Source of the DNA: Alphaproteobacteria bacterium | GTDB lineage: Bacteria > Pseudomonadota > Alphaproteobacteria > UBA8366 > JADFVY01 | Direction of reading: 5' to 3' | DNA length: 64,000 nucleotides | Assembly: GCA_041584475.1 (NCBI GenBank) | Contig: JBFHDX010000004.1 | Coordinates: forward strand, 8,576-72,575 | Shown here: piece after piece, positions 60,584-64,000 of the stretch | Layout of the letters: every line of letters starts with the position of its first letter | How positions within the stretch are numbered: the stretch's first letter is position 1 | Notes under the pieces: generated by a model | The model's input: only the letters and a program-made list of their open reading frames with translations | The model's database searches: none | What the model was told of the DNA's origin: nothing | Program-made: the position numbers and the translations under genes

Positions 60584-61984
60584 ATGAACACGAACGAGAA
60601 CGAACCCAGCTCCCGCACGGCCCTGTCCGATGAAGAGATCATCGAGCGGTTCGGCGGTATCCGTCCGATGGCAGCCAAGCTGGGCATCGCGGTCACGACG
60701 GTGCAGGGCTGGAAGAACCGCGGCCACATCCCGGAGAATCGCCGCACGGAAATAATCGCCGCCGCCGCGACCCATGGCGTCGATCTGGGCGGTGCGGGCG
60801 TTGCGCCGTCGCCGGCGGCGCCCGCACGGCCGGACGCCGACAAGCCGGCAGCCCCCGCGACCCCGGCCGCGCGACCGGCGGCCGGCGGGCCGGATCGGGC
60901 GCGGGCCGGCCCGGAGAAGCCGACGCCGGCGAAGGGCGAGGCGCCGGCACGGGCCGGGCCGGCATTGCTGCCGGCCTGGGTCGCCCTCGTCCTCGCACTG
61001 CTGGTCACGGCCGGCCTGCTGACGCGGCCCTATTGGGAATCGCAAATCCATCGCTCGCTCGGTACGGCCGCAGGGGATGATGCGAGGGCGCTCGGGCGAC
61101 GGGTCGATGGCATCGCCGAACGGGCACAACAGCAATACGACGAACTCAAGGGCCGGCTTGGTGCGCTCGAAGCCGGCGGCGGTGAGGCCGGACGGGCGTT
61201 TGCCGACCAGCTCACCAGCCTTCAGTCCGCGACCGACGAAATAGGCCGCACCCTGCGGTCGCTCGAAGCGGCCCAGCGCGAGCAGGCGGCCGACGCGGAG
61301 TCGCTGCGTGCCGAAATCGCCGCGCTGCGGCAGCAGATCGATGCCCAGGAAAAGGTCGTCGCCGACGGCCTCGGGTCGCTGCGCCAGACGCTCTCGGCTC
61401 TCGACAAGCGGACCACCGAGCTCGAGGCCCGGCCGGTGCAGACGGGCGAGAAGATCGCGGCGCTGGCGCTCGCCGTCGGCCAGGTGGAGGCCGCGTTGAA
61501 CTCGGGACAGCCCTATCGCGACGAGCTGACCCGGCTCGAGGCGATCGCGCGCGACGACAAGCTGATCCTCGAGGGCGAAGCGATGGCGGTGCTGGCGCGG
61601 TGGGCCGATTACGGCGTCCCGACCCGGACCACGCTGTATCGGCGCTTCGTCGAGATCGCGCCGCAGGTCGGCCATGCGCTCGGGCGCTCGCCCAGCGACA
61701 GCTGGCTCGAAAGCGCGTGGGACAGCGTGCGCGGTATCGTCTCCGTCCGCCGCACCGAGGGCGGCGAAGACCTCTCGCCGGTCAGCCGTGCCGAGGCGGC
61801 GTTGCAGGACGGCGACCTCGGCGAGGCGGTGTCGGCGTTCTCGGGGCTCGGTTCCCTGGGTGCGACCGGCGACGCCTGGCTGACACGCGCGCAGTCGCGG
61901 CTCGAGGCGGAACGGCAGATCCGTGCGCTGTACGGCCAGGTCATCGCGCCGCTCGCCGGCAAATCCGGGGCCGGCGCACAATGA
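60584..61984 (+). CDS. Mic60/mitofilin-like membrane protein (HemX position)
   Basis: ATG 5 nt after the hemD stop. The N-terminal ~50 aa look like a helix-turn-helix. These are followed by a Pro/Ala-rich linker, one TM (ALLPAWVALVLALLVTAGLL), a long coiled coil, and a C-terminal ..WADYGVPTRTTLYRRF..AEAALQDGDLGEAVSAF..WLTRAQSRLEAE.. mitofilin-type domain. Confidence 0.6.
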   Translation: MNTNENEPSSRTALSDEEIIERFGGIRPMAAKLGIAVTTVQGWKNRGHIPENRRTEIIAAAATHGVDLGGAGVAPSPAAPARPDADKPAAPATPAARPAAGGPDRARAGPEKPTPAKGEAPARAGPALLPAWVALVLALLVTAGLLTRPYWESQIHRSLGTAAGDDARALGRRVDGIAERAQQQYDELKGRLGALEAGGGEAGRAFADQLTSLQSATDEIGRTLRSLEAAQREQAADAESLRAEIAALRQQIDAQEKVVADGLGSLRQTLSALDKRTTELEARPVQTGEKIAALALAVGQVEAALNSGQPYRDELTRLEAIARDDKLILEGEAMAVLARWADYGVPTRTTLYRRFVEIAPQVGHALGRSPSDSWLESAWDSVRGIVSVRRTEGGEDLSPVSRAEAALQDGDLGEAVSAFSGLGSLGATGDAWLTRAQSRLEAERQIRALYGQVIAPLAGKSGAGAQ

Positions 61985-63345
61985 CTCGCGCGCTGCTCCT
62001 GTTCGCCCAGATCGCGGTCGTCGTGATCGTGGCGGTCGTGCTCGCCCAGCATCCGGGCGAGGTCGCCATCCAGTTGGAGGGCTGGCGCGTCGACACGTCG
62101 CTTGGCGTCGTCGTGCTCGCCATCGTCGTGATCGTGGTCGCCGCCGTCGTCGTCGCCCGCTTCTGGGGTGCGATCCGGCGTGCCCCCGGGCGCTTTCTCG
62201 AGTCGCGCCGGGCCAGCCGCCGGCAGCGCGGCTACAAGGCACTCACGCAGGGCATGGTCGCCGTCGCCGCCGGCGACGTGGCCGAGGCCCAGCGCTGGGC
62301 GCGCAAGGCGGACGCGTTGCTCGACGAGCCGCCCCTGACCATGCTGCTTTCGGCGCAGGCGGCGCAGCTCGGTGGCGAGGAGGCGGCGGCACGGCGTTAT
62401 TTCGAATCGATGCTCGACCATCCGGATACCGCGTTCCTGGGCGTCCGCGGACTGCTCATGCAGGCGATCAAGACCGACGACAAGGGCGAAGCTCTACGCC
62501 TCGCCGAGCGCGCCTACGCGCTGCGCGCCGATACCGGCTGGGTCGTCGATCAGCTGTTCCAGCTGCAGGTCGAGGCGGGCCTCTGGGGCGAGGCCAACCA
62601 GACCATGATCGAAGCCATCCGGCGGCGGACGATTCCGGCGGCGCAGGCGCGCCGGCGCCGGGCCGCCGTGCTAGTCGAATACAGCCGCGTCGCCGACGCC
62701 GAGGGCGACCCGGAGCTCGCGCTCAGCCGTGCCCGCGAGGCGCACGATCTCGATCCCACGCTGGTCCCGGCGACGGTCATGCTCGCCGGTCTCTTCCGCG
62801 CCCGCGAACGGGCCGGCAAGGCGGCCCGCATGATCGAGGAGGCGTGGGCCCGCGCGCCGCATCCGGAACTCGCGCAGGCCTATGGCTCGCTCGTCGAGGA
62901 CAAGGACGCGCTGGCCCGCGTCAAACGCTTCCAGCGCCTGTTCAGTTTCCGCCCCGACCATCCGGAAAGCCACATCGCCCTGGCCGAGGCCTCGCTCGCG
63001 GCCCGGCTCTGGGGCGAGGCCCGCAAGCACCTCGAAACCGCCGCCGGCAAGACGCCGACGGCGCGCGTATGTCGCCTGATGGCCGAGCTCGAGGAATCGG
63101 AAAACGGCAACATGGCGGCGGCCCGGCAGTGGCTCGCCCGCGCCACGACGACCGCGCCCGACGAAGCCTGGGTATGCAACGAATGCGGCGCCGTCGCCGG
63201 TGCCTGGAACGCGTTGTGCGGGAATTGCGGGGCGTTCGGGTCGCTGGCCTGGCAGACACCGCCGCGGGCGGTGCGGCTCGGGCCGCCGGCACGCAAGCCG
63301 ACGCGCGCGCTTCCGGTGCGGGCGGCGGGCGGGGGCGGAAGCTGA
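61981..63345 (+). CDS. HemY N-terminal-domain / TPR membrane protein
   Basis: ATGA overlap with the upstream gene. Two N-terminal TM segments, then ..YKALTQGMVAVAAGDVAEAQRWARKA.. and a C-terminal CxxC..CxxC (CNECG..CGNCG) motif. Confidence 0.75.
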   Translation: MTRALLLFAQIAVVVIVAVVLAQHPGEVAIQLEGWRVDTSLGVVVLAIVVIVVAAVVVARFWGAIRRAPGRFLESRRASRRQRGYKALTQGMVAVAAGDVAEAQRWARKADALLDEPPLTMLLSAQAAQLGGEEAAARRYFESMLDHPDTAFLGVRGLLMQAIKTDDKGEALRLAERAYALRADTGWVVDQLFQLQVEAGLWGEANQTMIEAIRRRTIPAAQARRRRAAVLVEYSRVADAEGDPELALSRAREAHDLDPTLVPATVMLAGLFRARERAGKAARMIEEAWARAPHPELAQAYGSLVEDKDALARVKRFQRLFSFRPDHPESHIALAEASLAARLWGEARKHLETAAGKTPTARVCRLMAELEESENGNMAAARQWLARATTTAPDEAWVCNECGAVAGAWNALCGNCGAFGSLAWQTPPRAVRLGPPARKPTRALPVRAAGGGGS

Positions 63346-63442
63346 GTCGGGGCCCGACAGGCGACCCGTCGGTTTGCGCCGCGCCGCCGAAACGAGATGT
63401 TGCGATCTCGCGTTCGCGGGCCTATGTTCCCGTCGCTTTCGT

Positions 63443-63517
<75 letters not shown>

Positions 63518-63742
63518 TCTCTCTCCCGCCGCCGCGGCTGGCGCACGTCCAGTACCGGCAAATCGGTCGCGGACCCGTCTCGTGTAAAACCACAGCGAAT
63601 ATTTGTCTGTTTACCCGCACCGCGGCGCTCGAATCGCGGCCTCCGGCCGAACAAACCCAACGAGTCCTTGTTGTGCTTTCGGAGTCATGCGGGTCACTGC
63701 AAAATCAGCAACCGCCGGATCCTTCGACTCCGCGGTCCCGCG

Positions 63743-63775
63743 TTAAGCAACGGTTAATCATAATTTGCTAACCAT
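63743..63775. promoter_or_regulatory. candidate CtrA sites (TTAA-N7-TTAA and CTAACCAT half-site)
   Basis: TTAAGCAACGGTTAAT at 63743-63758 and CTAACCAT at 63768-63775, 77-109 nt upstream of the receiver-domain ATG. Confidence 0.3.
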
Positions 63776-63851
63776 TCCGTGTTTGTTCGGGGTCCGACAA
63801 TATTGGCCGGACGAATATTCGCGGGGGTAGGCGCGCTCGCGCAAACGCATC

Positions 63852-64000
63852 ATGTCTGGATTGCTCGTCATCGACGATCGGCCTGCGCAGCGGGATCTGC
63901 TGCTCGCGCTCGCGGCGTCAGTTGCCGCCGAGGCGGGCGTCGAGGGCTACGCCGAGCCCCGTGTCGCCCTAGAGAGTGCGCGCGAATTCTCGCCGGATCT
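63852..64000 (+). CDS. response-regulator receiver domain protein (5' part only)
   Basis: Manual translation gives MSGLLVIDDRPAQRDLLLALAASVAAEAGVEGYAEPRVALESAREFSPDL.., with a receiver-type DD pocket and PDL strand. It runs off the window. No obvious SD. Confidence 0.5.
   Translation, partial: MSGLLVIDDRPAQRDLLLALAASVAAEAGVEGYAEPRVALESAREFSPD

Noticed and set aside
63518-63851. Genomic island or integration site at tRNA-Thr (and at tRNA-Gly, 41622..41888)
   Set aside because: There is no integrase, no direct repeat of the tRNA 3' end and no mobile-element genes within the visible flanks. The lower GC is explained as a promoter region. This cannot be excluded beyond the window end.

Overview
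GC-rich, densely coding chromosomal segment with alphaproteobacterial hallmarks: a hemC-hemD-mic60-hemY block, a DUF1674/SDHAF4-like gene, a giant NAD-glutamate dehydrogenase, glnK-amtB, TTAA-N7-TTAA(C) boxes and a GANTC cluster. I call 57 CDS (2 running off the window), 1 probable pseudogene, 2 tRNAs, 2 copies of a short interspersed repeat and a few candidate regulatory or terminator sites. I saw no rRNA, CRISPR array, transposase, integrase, phage or toxin-antitoxin genes. Most of the window is housekeeping: ribA, purH, rpe, rsmB, htpX, gpsA, tsaD, ftsK, lolA, xthA. The accessory-looking part is about 11.5-28.8 kb. On the minus strand, four glycosyltransferases, a histidine phosphatase, a deacetylase-like protein and a small membrane protein run head-to-tail into a Yej/Opp-type ABC importer, mostly through overlapping stop/start codons. 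Divergent from this string is a 902-aa ABC exporter-type protein in which every catalytic nucleotide-binding motif is substituted and the helical subdomain is internally repeated. It is translationally coupled to a stand-alone cyclic-nucleotide-binding protein and followed by two tandem paralogous small methyltransferase-like genes. This is my best candidate for an undescribed system, but its function is inference only. Other points of interest are a TPR-sulfotransferase-JmjC (RoxA-like) fusion, a short repeat sitting on stop codons of convergent genes, a decayed TfoX-C gene, and CtrA/CcrM-type motif clusters. Start codons were chosen manually from the ORF track, which treats GTG and TTG as starts. 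Many long track ORFs are antisense shadow ORFs typical of high-GC DNA. All family names come from motif recognition by eye, not from database searches.
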